A stretch of DNA of 64,000 nt from a virus. Shown here piece after piece: positions 45,078 to 55,735 of this stretch. The translations under genes and the position numbers were made by a program. Within the stretch, counting starts at the first letter, position 1. Every line of letters begins with the position of its first letter. The DNA lies in the IMG/VR virus record IMGVR_UViG_3300025057_000004, positions 24,920-88,919 of that record. The stretch is one strand, 5' to 3'. Under the pieces are notes generated by a model. It was not told the origin of the DNA and made no database searches. It saw nothing but the letters and a program-made list of their open reading frames with translations.

Positions 45078-47561
45078 TTAAAATGTTGAAGAAGGGTAAG
45101 AAGAAGTCTTGTTATAATAAGGGTTTACCTTTTTTGCTTCCATTTTTCTTTTTGGTATTGTGATATTTATAGGTGCTTTAGATCCTTTTTGAACAGACAT
45201 TGCTTCAGCATCTGCAAAAGGCGACATGTTCCACAAATAAGCAAGATAATCAGCTCCTTGAAGATCGTCCCAATCTTTTTCTTTTGCAAAATCATAATCT
45301 GATTGTATAATGTAAGCGTCATCAGTCTCTTGTACTGATCCTTTACCTGTTAAAAACTTAAGTGCGGTAGGATCATGAAATAAAGCTTTTATAAAATGCT
45401 CAGGATCATTAAGTATCTTTTCTGCATATGCAGCACTAAACCTATTAAAATCATCATAACCTAACCATTTTTTATCATCGTAAGCTACTCCTTCGTTCAA
45501 TCTTGTTGCAGTTTCTTTATGTCGATCTTGCAGTTCTCTGTTCTCAAGAATATCTTGAAATACACTTATTTCTTCATCAGAAAGTTGTTTTTCTGTAAAC
45601 GGTTCTGTACCACCGAACATTGTATATAAATATTCCGCCATATGAGGAGGAAGAATTGCATCTGCTACTCCTCTATTACGCTCAGAAAACTCAACATAAG
45701 GTTCTGCAAAATCTTTAACATAACCTTTTAATTTATCGGTAAACGAGTCTTCATCTTCTTTTTTTTTACCTCCACCGTTTTGAAATTTTTTTGGCAAACT
45801 ATAAGGATCGCTATCTGATATTACTACTCCAGGATAAGTTTCTTCGTCTCTTATTTTATCAAGCATTAATTGTTTTGCTTCTCTATCAAAAAGAACATCT
45901 TCTATCATTGACGCTCCTACATAATTGTTATAAGCATCTTGAGCTGCTTCTGTTAAAGCATCAACTAAACCCATTCTATTAGTAGAAGGAGCAGCGAATT
46001 CGTGACCTACACCTGCAATTGTAGAACCTGCAATAGCAAGTTTATTAGCTACAGATTCAGGCATCCAATCAGGCATTTTTTTCTTCATAGCATCTGCAGT
46101 ATAATATCCTGCCATACCATGTCTATAAGGGTCAAGATACATATCGTCACCTCTTAATCTTGGATTATTTCGCAATTCATTGCTAAAATCATCAAAAGCT
46201 TTATTCATAGGATTACCAAGAGATTGGTTGAGATCGTCTTCTGCATCTTTTATTTTGTCAGTATAACTCTTACCACCTCCATTTGCATAGTAACCATAGA
46301 TAGGTTTTGCTCCACCATTTTTAAGCACAGTGACATTAGAGTATCTACCAGGGTCTGCAAACATAGGACTAGAAGAAAATTCTATATTAGCAGAGGGATC
46401 TAAATAAGGATTAAAATAGTTTTGACTTCCGTATGAAGAAGAGTTTAGATCCATAGCACTTGGTTTAAGACCAAAAGATTCTCCTTGATTTAAAATAGGC
46501 TGCTCTTCTGCTTGTTTTGTATTTTTAGGAGGAATAGCTAAACTACCGCCTCCCATAGTTTGTCGAGGACCCCCTATTTTATCAGTAATGTATTCTTCAC
46601 CCATTTTGCTTGCAATAGTTTGATCCATTGCTGAACCAGCAAGTTGAGCACTAGAGTCCTTGATTCCCTTAACAGCTTTTACTATTTGTATCCAAGGCAT
46701 ACCTCCTCCCATTTGATATATATCTTTAGCACCACCTTGAGCATACTTATCTTTAGGCATTGCACCTCCGTCAGCCATACCACCTAAAACTTGCCCTCCC
46801 ATATTACTTATAACATTTTGAGATTGCATTTGACCGTAACCGAAAGCAGTACCTGTCATAGTATCATCACCTACCATACGTTTAGTAAGGTCAGAAGAAC
46901 TATAACCTTCATCTGCCATTACTGTCTCACTAAATGATTTACCAGTAAATGATGCCATCGGATAACCAAAAAAGATATCTCCAATAAGAAGACCTGCTTC
47001 TTTTGCAGCTCCTACCTCTTTAAAAGCTTTTCGAGTAGGTTCTTCACGCATTGCTTGAGTACCAAAAGAATCTCGCATACGTGATTCTCCTAATGTTTGC
47101 ATTTGATGCTCTTCCATTGTCATTGGAGCATAAGACATAGAAGTATTATATTGAGCACCAGGATTTACATTTGGAACTTCTGCAGGATTCATCATAGGTC
47201 CTCCTGTAGCATACTTTACACCACCGTTAGCAGCTTGACCTCCTTGATCGTACATATTACGGAAAGGATCTATACCTTTCTCGTTTACAGAACGTTGTGC
47301 GTGTTTAAGAGCTTCTTCTCTTGCTATCTGATCAAATGCCTCTAAAGCAAGAGGGTCATCTTCAGTGAGACGACCGTTCTTATCAAGTTTCTTATATTCT
47401 TTGGAAAGCCTTTCCCCTTCGGAAGAGTTCTTATCAAAGATGTATTCGTTTCCGCTTTTACCTATCTGTACTGCGAACTCTCCCCCTTCTACTTCGGAAC
47501 CTTCAGTGTAATCAATTCCACCGAACTCATGGGGCATTCCTTTAAAGGCTTTTAACTCCAT
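45078..47561 (-). CDS. Virion cargo protein with repeated [YFML]xxGG motifs
   Basis: N-terminal GMPHEFGG...EVEGGE motif seen in crAss-like cargo proteins; low-complexity middle with eight [YFML]xxGG motifs. Confidence 0.65.
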   Translation of the reverse strand: MELKAFKGMPHEFGGIDYTEGSEVEGGEFAVQIGKSGNEYIFDKNSSEGERLSKEYKKLDKNGRLTEDDPLALEAFDQIAREEALKHAQRSVNEKGIDPFRNMYDQGGQAANGGVKYATGGPMMNPAEVPNVNPGAQYNTSMSYAPMTMEEHQMQTLGESRMRDSFGTQAMREEPTRKAFKEVGAAKEAGLLIGDIFFGYPMASFTGKSFSETVMADEGYSSSDLTKRMVGDDTMTGTAFGYGQMQSQNVISNMGGQVLGGMADGGAMPKDKYAQGGAKDIYQMGGGMPWIQIVKAVKGIKDSSAQLAGSAMDQTIASKMGEEYITDKIGGPRQTMGGGSLAIPPKNTKQAEEQPILNQGESFGLKPSAMDLNSSSYGSQNYFNPYLDPSANIEFSSSPMFADPGRYSNVTVLKNGGAKPIYGYYANGGGKSYTDKIKDAEDDLNQSLGNPMNKAFDDFSNELRNNPRLRGDDMYLDPYRHGMAGYYTADAMKKKMPDWMPESVANKLAIAGSTIAGVGHEFAAPSTNRMGLVDALTEAAQDAYNNYVGASMIEDVLFDREAKQLMLDKIRDEETYPGVVISDSDPYSLPKKFQNGGGKKKEDEDSFTDKLKGYVKDFAEPYVEFSERNRGVADAILPPHMAEYLYTMFGGTEPFTEKQLSDEEISVFQDILENRELQDRHKETATRLNEGVAYDDKKWLGYDDFNRFSAAYAEKILNDPEHFIKALFHDPTALKFLTGKGSVQETDDAYIIQSDYDFAKEKDWDDLQGADYLAYLWNMSPFADAEAMSVQKGSKAPINITIPKRKMEAKKVNPYYNKTSSYPSSTF

Positions 47562-47565
47562 TTTA

Positions 47566-47596
47566 CAAATATAATTTATTGCGTTTCATTTGTCAA
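47566..47596 (-). promoter_or_regulatory. Bacteroidota-type primary-sigma promoter upstream of the cargo/vRNAP operon
   Basis: Minus strand reads TTGACA-17 nt-TATATTTG, matching the -7 consensus TAnnTTTG with TTG 20 nt upstream. It ends 4 nt before the ATG. Confidence 0.65.
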
Positions 47597-47612
47597 GTAC
47601 ATTTTTATAATA

Positions 47613-50600
47613 TTATTTCATAATCTTTCTAAAAAGATTCATTATATAATGTAGCCTGAACTCTTTGTCGTTGTTATTTAAGAACTCAAACTTCTGTCTT
47701 ACGTAGTGACTTCTGATTCTGTTCTTTGTACCGAACTCATACTGAATAGCATGTTTCCATTCTCGCATCAATCTTCTGAATTGAGTACGTACACCTGTTG
47801 TCTGATACGTATTGAATGTTTCTATTGACGATACTGTTTCATCTGATACCTCTGTACCATTAGGTAAGAATATTTCACTGAACCATCTGATATTATCAAA
47901 TATCTTTGTGATGAATGGTTCTTTATTCACTACTGTAGTAATAGATGATGTTGTAGGAGGATTGTCATAGAAAACACCATAATCTCCTTCTTCATGTATA
48001 TATACTTCTGAAGGTATGCTAAAAGGTTTAGGTGTGAATATGTTCTTGTTATCATTGATATACATAATAGGTTTGAACGATCTGAATGATGTGAATACAT
48101 CAGACGTATCACTATATGCAATTGTAAATGAATCTCCTATAAGGTTAAGACTACCAGACTCTGTATAAGGATCTCTATCAAAAAATGTAATAAGAAACTC
48201 TTTATTTACATAATCGTATGTAGAAGACATACCTGCATAGCCTATAATAGGATTTGAACCTATAGGTGCATCATACAAAAGAACATTACCTCTTGTATTC
48301 TCGTGTAACCAAGAGTTGATCTTACCTGCTGAAACATCACGCAATCCTTGTGGGCTATATAGATACAGACCTCCATCTTTACCGTCAAAGAACAATACAC
48401 CCATAGGAGATACTGCAAAACTGAACTGATGCCAACTACCTACATATTGAGATACATAATCAAATCTTGGAAGTATTCCTGATTTACCGAGTATGATACC
48501 TGCACCGCTTTGATCATTAAGAATAGATCTTTCATTTACAGATGCAATACCAAAACCTCTTTTTTGCCATGCAAGTAAAGTATTATCTCTATTTACAAGC
48601 TGTCGTATCTCTCCAAGATCTCCTTGTATATCAATATATGTTTCGTTAGTAAACTGTCTCCAACTGTCAACACGTTCTCCGTGTGTTTTTGTTTCTGATG
48701 CCCAAATACGATGAGGATGTTCACTGATCTCTTCAAATCCTATAGGTTTAGGAAATGATCGTTGAGTATCCATTTCTTCTGAGAACAGATAATTGTATTT
48801 AAAATCTTCACCGTAATCCAATGGATATTCATCAGGGTCAGGTGCACCATTCTCATCATCTGATCCAAATAAACCTCCTGCAGGATTGAATCTGCCGTTC
48901 AAATGATACCCTTCTCGTAAATAAGTATTCACAAAAGACTCACAAGGGTAGTATAGTCCTACTGCTGTAGTAGGATTCTGTTGATCATTCGGAGAAACAA
49001 TTCCAAAATTTCTATGTAGTTTGAAAGCATCAAACACATTCACGAATGTATCTCCACCGAACACTCTTACATTATTAAAAGTTGTCTGCCCATTAAGTTG
49101 AATGTCACAACCAGTATTTATATACACGTTTTTAGAACGTGCAGAATATCCCTGCCCTCCGTATTGATTCTCTCTTAGTCTTACATAGTTGCATAAGTAT
49201 TTATCTGGAGCGTCTTCTGTAATATTTCCATCACCACCACCGTTAGGTGCTTGTATGGGATTTCCTATACGATTTCGTGAGGAAGAGAATTGTGCTCCAG
49301 TACCTGCAGTATTATCAGTTTCTATCCTGAAAAAACCTCTTGTTCCTAGTTTTATTACTGTAGTATCAGAACCTATACTTAATGGATTGTCATTATAACT
49401 ACCATCGTATCTTGTAGTATTTCTATATTGTGTGCCATCTACAGTGATATCTCCATCATAAGGACATTGTGCAGCTCCTATTATGGTCTTATATATATCA
49501 AATTCAAATCGATTGTTAGGTTCAGGACTTATATGCCAATTCACAGGAGCGTAGTTATAAAGCTTCCACGCACTAAAATTATACCCTGGAGGACTATAAG
49601 TATTACCATCTTCATCCTCCAATCGAGGTAATGAATAAGTACCTGCTGCTTCTACAAGACCTCCTACGATCTTCAATACATCTCCTGGTACAAAATTCGG
49701 TGATTCACCAAAAAGGAAGTCAGGAGAATGGAATGACACTAAGGGATGACTTGCCTTATTAGTACTTCCTGAACCGCTTGACTGATTCTCAGGATCGACC
49801 ATATTAGGAGAATATCCAGTATAGAAATTGTATTGAGGAGTGTTTACCCAAGATTCTAAACCTCCACTTGAGTTCAATCCGTATGTAGGATTTCCGTTAC
49901 TGTTCCAATGTCCTACAGGATGATATCTTGTTGTAGGAGAAATCTGATCATCCTCTTTCATACTTAAGTGTACAATACCTTGAGCAACGATAGTTCTATC
50001 TTCTGGCTCTAATTTCACACGTTTGATACGGAAACCGTCTATTTGATCTGCAACAGATTGCGGTATGTCTACACTGAACTCTACGCCTAATGAATTGGCT
50101 ACCCATGCAGATAGATCGTTATTGTACTCCAAAGGTCTGAATATTTGATCCTCATTATTCGGGTGCTCAAATATCTCAGGCATTTTAATATCAGCGATCC
50201 ATTTGGCATAACCTTCTACACCATCTTTTACAGGAACCCATGAGAAACGATATGTCTCACCTCTGCGATATCCTCTAAAAATGTGTTTAGTATTAGGTGA
50301 TTTAAAATCAGGAAAAGGAACACCATTATAATAATCATAAGTATCATTCAAAAATGGAAATTGATAGTTAGGTACATTGTAAGGTAATTGAAAAGGGTAT
50401 GACCATCCATTATTAGTATTGGCATCTGTAACTCTATCTTTCTGTGTAAACTTATAACTGATGTGAGGACCTTCACCTCCAAGTGTAATGCCGTCTGCTT
50501 GAAACTTGAATACTGATTGATCAGGATTAATAGCATCCTCATCTTCAGGTATTCCAAATGGTGTAAGTAATTCAGATGAAGAGTATTGAACCTCTGTACC

Positions 50601-51989
50601 CGCTTCGTCTTGAAGTTTTGTTATAGCTCCATTTAAAGCTTTTCCGAACCTATAAGCACGAGCATCAAAATCAACATCAAAAACTCTTTTCACGGTATTT
50701 GCCGCAAATAGAATATTATCTTTTTGAGCAATTGTCTGACACTTTTCAAAGAATATTCTAATTCTATTAAAATCAGCTTCCGTAATAATAACCTGTGGTT
50801 CATTACCACTATGTGTGTAAGTAAATGTGCTTGATGTAATAGGTAGGTCTGTTATCTTTCCTATTACTGCTGTTGCATTAGCATTGTCTTTTCTAAGAAC
50901 TACAAGGTCAACAAACTCATAATTGGTGTCAATATCCTGTATTTCAATAGTAAATGATTTACCTGTAAGAATACCGCTATCATTACCTTCGCATAAAGCA
51001 TAGCCATTGAGGTTTGCTACGAATATGTCAAAGTTGTTCGATGTGTGTGAATAAGGTGTTGTAGCACCGTCTGCATTACGCAGATTATATGCAACCTGAT
51101 ATACACCTGTAAGCAGCTCTCCTCCGTTCTGTACTGATTTCAATACAGGCTTTTTCATAGATGTTGACAATCTCAGATCAAGATCTTCTGGATCAAAACA
51201 CATTACATTGTCATCAGCAATGTTTATTGTACGCAAAGGATTAAGTCTGTCTGTCCAATATATACGTGATGTCTGAGAGTTTTCAAGTATTGTTTCAATA
51301 CCACCAGGGTTTGCAATAAGATTCTGTGTAGTAAAATTCAAGAACTCAGAATACTTGAGTTCTATAGCAGGATCGAGTGTTACTTCATTGTATGTAACCT
51401 TCCAAAATGTACCGTAACCTCCAGTAGAAGAACTATCATTTGTAGTAAGCAGATATATCTCATCTCCTATATTATCCCATCCTATTATCTGTTGAGATGT
51501 TTGAGGAGCCTGTACTGTAAACTCTATATCTGTACTATTGGATATCCATAGTGCAGTATTAAGTGTTATTTGATCAGTGTTAGACCATACACGAATAGTA
51601 GTACCTATTCTATGTACATTCAGATTCAAAGAACTGAAAGCTGCGTTTGTTTTTAGTATCTCTTCAAGCTGATCAAAGAATGCGTTCAGCGTATTTGCTT
51701 CTACATTCTCTGTTGCATATATATTAGTAGAGTTTACAGTTATGTGAGGTGTGTATATTTGATTTTCAATATATTTATCACCTGTTGCTTTTACTTTGCA
51801 TATCTGTGGAACATCAGGAACAGTAAAGGATAGCTTATTACCTTTTACGTTAGATATAATATATTCAGATGCACTGTTACCTGCATTGAGCTTCATGTCT
51901 TGCGCATCCTCGTATGAATCTTCAGGACGTAGCGTTTCTGCTACATCTTTTATCATTCCCTTTGCAAATGTGTTAAGCGTATTATCCAT
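47613..51989 (-). CDS. Tail stabilisation/muzzle protein (crAss-like, P22 gp10-like)
   Basis: 1458 aa, beta-rich. NTFAKGMIKD...SNVKGN N-terminus, IYWTD..NPLR, GYRRGETYRF and FGGDTFV motifs; located upstream of the cargo genes. Confidence 0.75.
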   Translation of the reverse strand: MDNTLNTFAKGMIKDVAETLRPEDSYEDAQDMKLNAGNSASEYIISNVKGNKLSFTVPDVPQICKVKATGDKYIENQIYTPHITVNSTNIYATENVEANTLNAFFDQLEEILKTNAAFSSLNLNVHRIGTTIRVWSNTDQITLNTALWISNSTDIEFTVQAPQTSQQIIGWDNIGDEIYLLTTNDSSSTGGYGTFWKVTYNEVTLDPAIELKYSEFLNFTTQNLIANPGGIETILENSQTSRIYWTDRLNPLRTINIADDNVMCFDPEDLDLRLSTSMKKPVLKSVQNGGELLTGVYQVAYNLRNADGATTPYSHTSNNFDIFVANLNGYALCEGNDSGILTGKSFTIEIQDIDTNYEFVDLVVLRKDNANATAVIGKITDLPITSSTFTYTHSGNEPQVIITEADFNRIRIFFEKCQTIAQKDNILFAANTVKRVFDVDFDARAYRFGKALNGAITKLQDEAGTEVQYSSSELLTPFGIPEDEDAINPDQSVFKFQADGITLGGEGPHISYKFTQKDRVTDANTNNGWSYPFQLPYNVPNYQFPFLNDTYDYYNGVPFPDFKSPNTKHIFRGYRRGETYRFSWVPVKDGVEGYAKWIADIKMPEIFEHPNNEDQIFRPLEYNNDLSAWVANSLGVEFSVDIPQSVADQIDGFRIKRVKLEPEDRTIVAQGIVHLSMKEDDQISPTTRYHPVGHWNSNGNPTYGLNSSGGLESWVNTPQYNFYTGYSPNMVDPENQSSGSGSTNKASHPLVSFHSPDFLFGESPNFVPGDVLKIVGGLVEAAGTYSLPRLEDEDGNTYSPPGYNFSAWKLYNYAPVNWHISPEPNNRFEFDIYKTIIGAAQCPYDGDITVDGTQYRNTTRYDGSYNDNPLSIGSDTTVIKLGTRGFFRIETDNTAGTGAQFSSSRNRIGNPIQAPNGGGDGNITEDAPDKYLCNYVRLRENQYGGQGYSARSKNVYINTGCDIQLNGQTTFNNVRVFGGDTFVNVFDAFKLHRNFGIVSPNDQQNPTTAVGLYYPCESFVNTYLREGYHLNGRFNPAGGLFGSDDENGAPDPDEYPLDYGEDFKYNYLFSEEMDTQRSFPKPIGFEEISEHPHRIWASETKTHGERVDSWRQFTNETYIDIQGDLGEIRQLVNRDNTLLAWQKRGFGIASVNERSILNDQSGAGIILGKSGILPRFDYVSQYVGSWHQFSFAVSPMGVLFFDGKDGGLYLYSPQGLRDVSAGKINSWLHENTRGNVLLYDAPIGSNPIIGYAGMSSTYDYVNKEFLITFFDRDPYTESGSLNLIGDSFTIAYSDTSDVFTSFRSFKPIMYINDNKNIFTPKPFSIPSEVYIHEEGDYGVFYDNPPTTSSITTVVNKEPFITKIFDNIRWFSEIFLPNGTEVSDETVSSIETFNTYQTTGVRTQFRRLMREWKHAIQYEFGTKNRIRSHYVRQKFEFLNNNDKEFRLHYIMNLFRKIMK

Positions 51990-52750
51990 TATCTTCTGTT
52001 TCTGTAACTAGAGTTTCTACTTAGGTTTGAATGGTTTCTAATGGTCTGCATCACACTTGTTGACTTGTAACCACCAGGATGTTCATTCTCAAATGATACA
52101 ATTCTTCTGAACTGATTCTTGATACTTTCGATCTTATCTCTATTAGGAATAAGCGGTTTAGTGGTAGCTCTTGCTACATACCAATCTCTTTCCTGTTTAA
52201 GTAACTGATAAGCACCTGCCTGTATCTTACTGCGCATAAGTAATCTGAATCCTATACGTTCTGCTACATAAGCAGTTGCTGCCTGTTTGAACACCTCATC
52301 ATCAGGCACCATAGGATAGCCTCTCTCATCAGTAGGAAAGGCAAGGTATGCCATACGTATCTTACCTTCTTTGAAGTTGGTAAAGATGTAATTGTTGTTC
52401 AGCTTGTATGTGAGGTCACCACTGCACGTAAGATCTCTACAACCTTCAACATGACTTGCATAATGAAAACTGTCTGTTGAGTATCTTACAGGTGCACCCT
52501 CGCAGGTTTGCGTTTGAATAATACGTATCAGATCGCATGGAAGCTCTCCTCTACCGTTCACTATCTCAATGTAGGGTTTATCTACATCATCAGTTATTCT
52601 TTCAATGTACTGCATGGGAGCGTTGATCAGATCAATAACACTACCGATCCATTCAGCTACATCGATCCAATCTACATCAATTTCAAAACCTGTATCTCTA
52701 TATACACGTTCTACAATTGACTCTAAACTCACATACTTTCCGTTCAACAT
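51989..52750 (-). CDS. Tail ring/tubular protein
   Basis: YVSLESIVERV, GELPCDL, YIFTNFKEG and AFPTDERGYPMVPD motifs; adjacent to the stabilisation protein. Confidence 0.65.
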   Translation of the reverse strand: MLNGKYVSLESIVERVYRDTGFEIDVDWIDVAEWIGSVIDLINAPMQYIERITDDVDKPYIEIVNGRGELPCDLIRIIQTQTCEGAPVRYSTDSFHYASHVEGCRDLTCSGDLTYKLNNNYIFTNFKEGKIRMAYLAFPTDERGYPMVPDDEVFKQAATAYVAERIGFRLLMRSKIQAGAYQLLKQERDWYVARATTKPLIPNRDKIESIKNQFRRIVSFENEHPGGYKSTSVMQTIRNHSNLSRNSSYRNRR

Positions 52751-52751
52751 C

Positions 52752-53042
52752 TTATAACATATCTATGATTGCAAAAACATCTTCGCGTGTCATATCACGC
52801 TCTTCTTCCTCTTGCTTTGCCTCTTTGTTCAAAGGGTTCTCCTTTGAGTAAAATCTTTTAGTTTCATCAATGTATTCACCATCACACTCACTACAGCCCT
52901 CTCCTGAAGACTTCATTCCGTATTTGTGAATACTTACAATAAAACCGTTTTCGATTTCTTCAACGTTTACAGACTTTGTAATACCATCAACGGTTTCACT
53001 CATACTGCTTACGCCTTCTGTTTGGTTCATCATTCCGTGCAT
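52752..53042 (-). CDS. Small acidic hypothetical protein
   Basis: Start moved to MHGMMNQ at 53042, right after the upstream stop. Confidence 0.6.
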   Translation of the reverse strand: MHGMMNQTEGVSSMSETVDGITKSVNVEEIENGFIVSIHKYGMKSSGEGCSECDGEYIDETKRFYSKENPLNKEAKQEEEERDMTREDVFAIIDML

Positions 53043-53043
53043 T

Positions 53044-53553
53044 TTACTTTCTTTCAAAAAAATCAACTTTTATCAACGGATCTTTCATTGCTTTTGCAAG
53101 ATCCCTCTTTGCCTGTTTTACAGGTACAAACTTATAACCGAATATATTCTTTGTCTTTGCTCTACTTTTCAACCATTTGAACGAAGCTATATATCCTCCT
53201 GAATGACTATTTGTATGATACACGTATCTTCTATTGTCTTTTGCTTCAGGATTATCTCTCCACAATTTATTCGTCTCACCGTAATCAATTGCAAGATTAA
53301 GGTTTCCGTTTTCTTTTCTTTTTACTTTAGGTTGATGTTTCAGTATTGCCAGGTTTCCCAGATTATATGGCAGACTTATGAATTTGTTCTTCATTATCAT
53401 ATTTTCTACCAATCTTTTATTCAGATCGAATACAGCAGCATTTATTACTCTTTGAGGTAATAGATACCCCTGTGCTCTTTCAAACGAGTCAAGGTCATCT
53501 ATATAATGCTCATAGATGTGATTCGATCCTATGTCAAGACTGTTTTTAGCCAT
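53044..53553 (-). CDS. IHF/HU-like DNA-binding protein (crAss-type)
   Basis: Start moved to MAKNSLD at 53553. ISLPYNLGNLAILK beta-hairpin and IDYGET...YKFVP basic arm. Confidence 0.6.
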   Translation of the reverse strand: MAKNSLDIGSNHIYEHYIDDLDSFERAQGYLLPQRVINAAVFDLNKRLVENMIMKNKFISLPYNLGNLAILKHQPKVKRKENGNLNLAIDYGETNKLWRDNPEAKDNRRYVYHTNSHSGGYIASFKWLKSRAKTKNIFGYKFVPVKQAKRDLAKAMKDPLIKVDFFERK

Positions 53554-54253
53554 TGTTCTGAGGAGCTGGAGCTGCACCACCCATAGTGTGTGTAGCATCG
53601 TTAGTAGTATCATTTGGTATCTGATACTTCATCATCAACTGTTTTACAACAAACTCTTTCATATATCCCCACATCCAATCTGTAAGAGGATATTCCATAT
53701 CATCTGAATAGCAAGGGTCTCCACTGCAATGATTAAACTTTGCGGCTTCTGTAGGGTCTGATGCGATCAAACGTACATTGATATGTGTCATACCATCTAT
53801 CAATGCATTTTTTGACATTATATATATTCTGTCGTTGTAATAAAAAGCTGTTGTAAGTTTCTGATTAAATCTACCGTTACCGAAGAAAACCGCATTCTTA
53901 TAGCTTTTAAGCGAGAATGGTTTCTGTGTAATATCAATCGGTCCCACACGCTCAATAGAGTCTCTGTGATGCAGATTGATAGGTTTAGGTATTACAAGTT
54001 TTGTTCGCAGTATCTTGCAGTCAGAACTAAAATCGCAGCACTCTGCAGTAGATGCTTTCTCAAGCTCTACACAACCGAGATCCTGAATGAGTTCTTCAGG
54101 AATACTACGATTTTTATTCAATTCTTGACGTATCCAAATAGAACGCTGATTGTGTATTAGCTCTTTTACCAAACGCAGATCAACGACATCATCATCGTGA
54201 AACTCTGGTCTGATGGCTTCTACAGTTTGATATGCAAGTTCATTAAGAGTCAT
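53546..54253 (-). CDS. Tail ring/adaptor structural protein
   Basis: MTLNELAY, LIQDLGCVELE and DDMEYPL pattern; located in the tail module. Confidence 0.6.
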   Translation of the reverse strand: MTLNELAYQTVEAIRPEFHDDDVVDLRLVKELIHNQRSIWIRQELNKNRSIPEELIQDLGCVELEKASTAECCDFSSDCKILRTKLVIPKPINLHHRDSIERVGPIDITQKPFSLKSYKNAVFFGNGRFNQKLTTAFYYNDRIYIMSKNALIDGMTHINVRLIASDPTEAAKFNHCSGDPCYSDDMEYPLTDWMWGYMKEFVVKQLMMKYQIPNDTTNDATHTMGGAAPAPQNNG

Positions 54254-55427
54254 GTCCGTATGTTATTCTTGAGCGATATATCTCTTCACCATTAAGATCC
54301 ATTATCTCATAATTTACTCCTGCTTTACCGCTACCGAAGTTTGAGTGAATCCATTTAGATGAACCGTACATGCTCATATTATTGCAGTATCTGAATTTTT
54401 TACCGTAGTTGATAGATGACTGATGAAGGTCTCCCTTCTGCACGTGCACATACTTGCTACGGATTCTTTTTCTATCAATGTAGTCATTGATAAAATTCTC
54501 TGTCTTTATATCAAGATTCAAAGGAAGACCGCTTTTCATATCGTGATCATCTTTACCGTGACCGAAGATGATAGTGTGCTTACCGAACGTAATGTGATCA
54601 AGAGGTTTTCCTGTTACAAATGTCTTTACAAGTTCAGGGTGTTTAGCCTCTATATACATTTGTATTGCTCTTAATGCACCGTGACCGAATGAACCTGCAT
54701 GATTGTCATTGCTTGTTGCAATAAACCATATTTCATCTGCAATATCATTTTTGACAAGTGCGTCTATCGTCATTATGGTAACCTCAATAAAAGTATCTAC
54801 TTGCTCTCGGTCATCCATGTTCTGAGGAAGACTGTGACCTCCTCTTACGGTCTTATTGTCTGCACCATCAAGAGCATCTCCAAGATCGAAATAGCAGAAC
54901 TTCTTGAACTTGCCAAATTTCTTTTTCTGTTCTAAAAGTCTGTCAATCATCTTATCGTGTCTATCAAATACTTCTTCACGATCGTAATCGTTTGAATAAA
55001 GACTGTTAAAAGGAGTACGTGCACCTATATGCTTATCACTTGTAAACACTGACAACATCATATCATTTGTAGACGGTTCAGTATTTTTAGGTTGATAAGG
55101 AGTTACGTTTTCCTTTATAAGTTTTTCTACAGCATCGTATACATCCTTGCTTGCAGTTTCAACTTGGTCTGTAATGTATGACACTCCCATTTTACCTCCA
55201 GGAGTAAACCATACCTTTTTGACTTTCATATCACTTGTAATGCCATTAGCATCACTAGGATGAGAGTACTTTATCTTCTGCCTTGCCTCTGCTTGAAGTT
55301 TTCTTACATCATCTATATCAGTTGGCATATTCAAGTTCTCCAATCTTGAAACAAGATCTTTTGGAGACTTTTTTATCCACCCTCTGTGTGAGTAAAGAAA
55401 CTCAAGTACCTCTTCTTTATGAATCAT
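54243..55427 (-). CDS. Calcineurin-like metallophosphoesterase
   Basis: SDKHIG, DLGDALDG, NDNH, FGHG and GDLH metal-binding motifs. Confidence 0.8.
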   Translation of the reverse strand: MIHKEEVLEFLYSHRGWIKKSPKDLVSRLENLNMPTDIDDVRKLQAEARQKIKYSHPSDANGITSDMKVKKVWFTPGGKMGVSYITDQVETASKDVYDAVEKLIKENVTPYQPKNTEPSTNDMMLSVFTSDKHIGARTPFNSLYSNDYDREEVFDRHDKMIDRLLEQKKKFGKFKKFCYFDLGDALDGADNKTVRGGHSLPQNMDDREQVDTFIEVTIMTIDALVKNDIADEIWFIATSNDNHAGSFGHGALRAIQMYIEAKHPELVKTFVTGKPLDHITFGKHTIIFGHGKDDHDMKSGLPLNLDIKTENFINDYIDRKRIRSKYVHVQKGDLHQSSINYGKKFRYCNNMSMYGSSKWIHSNFGSGKAGVNYEIMDLNGEEIYRSRITYGHDS

Positions 55428-55735
55428 TCGTTATACCCTATGATTGAACCTGCCGTGTCTAAATCTATTGTTGCTACAGTAACACCTAATTTTGTTGTAA
55501 GCAATGCTCCTTGCTTAAGAGTCTTTCCTGAGATTCCCCAATAAGCAATAAGATCACTACCATCACTACCTGTAATAGTTGCAAAATCAGTATCCTCTTG
55601 TACTACAATACTTGAGAATCTTACGTTTGAAACAGAACCGTCAGCAACATTGATATGCTTACAGCCTTTTGCTCCTGTTACACGATTAAAAAAAGATGCA
55701 ACTACGGAATAAATGTTTGGTACCATTTTTTTCAT
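55424..55735 (-). CDS. Hypothetical (possibly structural) protein
   Basis: 103-aa ORF, ATGA-coupled. Confidence 0.6.
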   Translation of the reverse strand: MKKMVPNIYSVVASFFNRVTGAKGCKHINVADGSVSNVRFSSIVVQEDTDFATITGSDGSDLIAYWGISGKTLKQGALLTTKLGVTVATIDLDTAGSIIGYNE

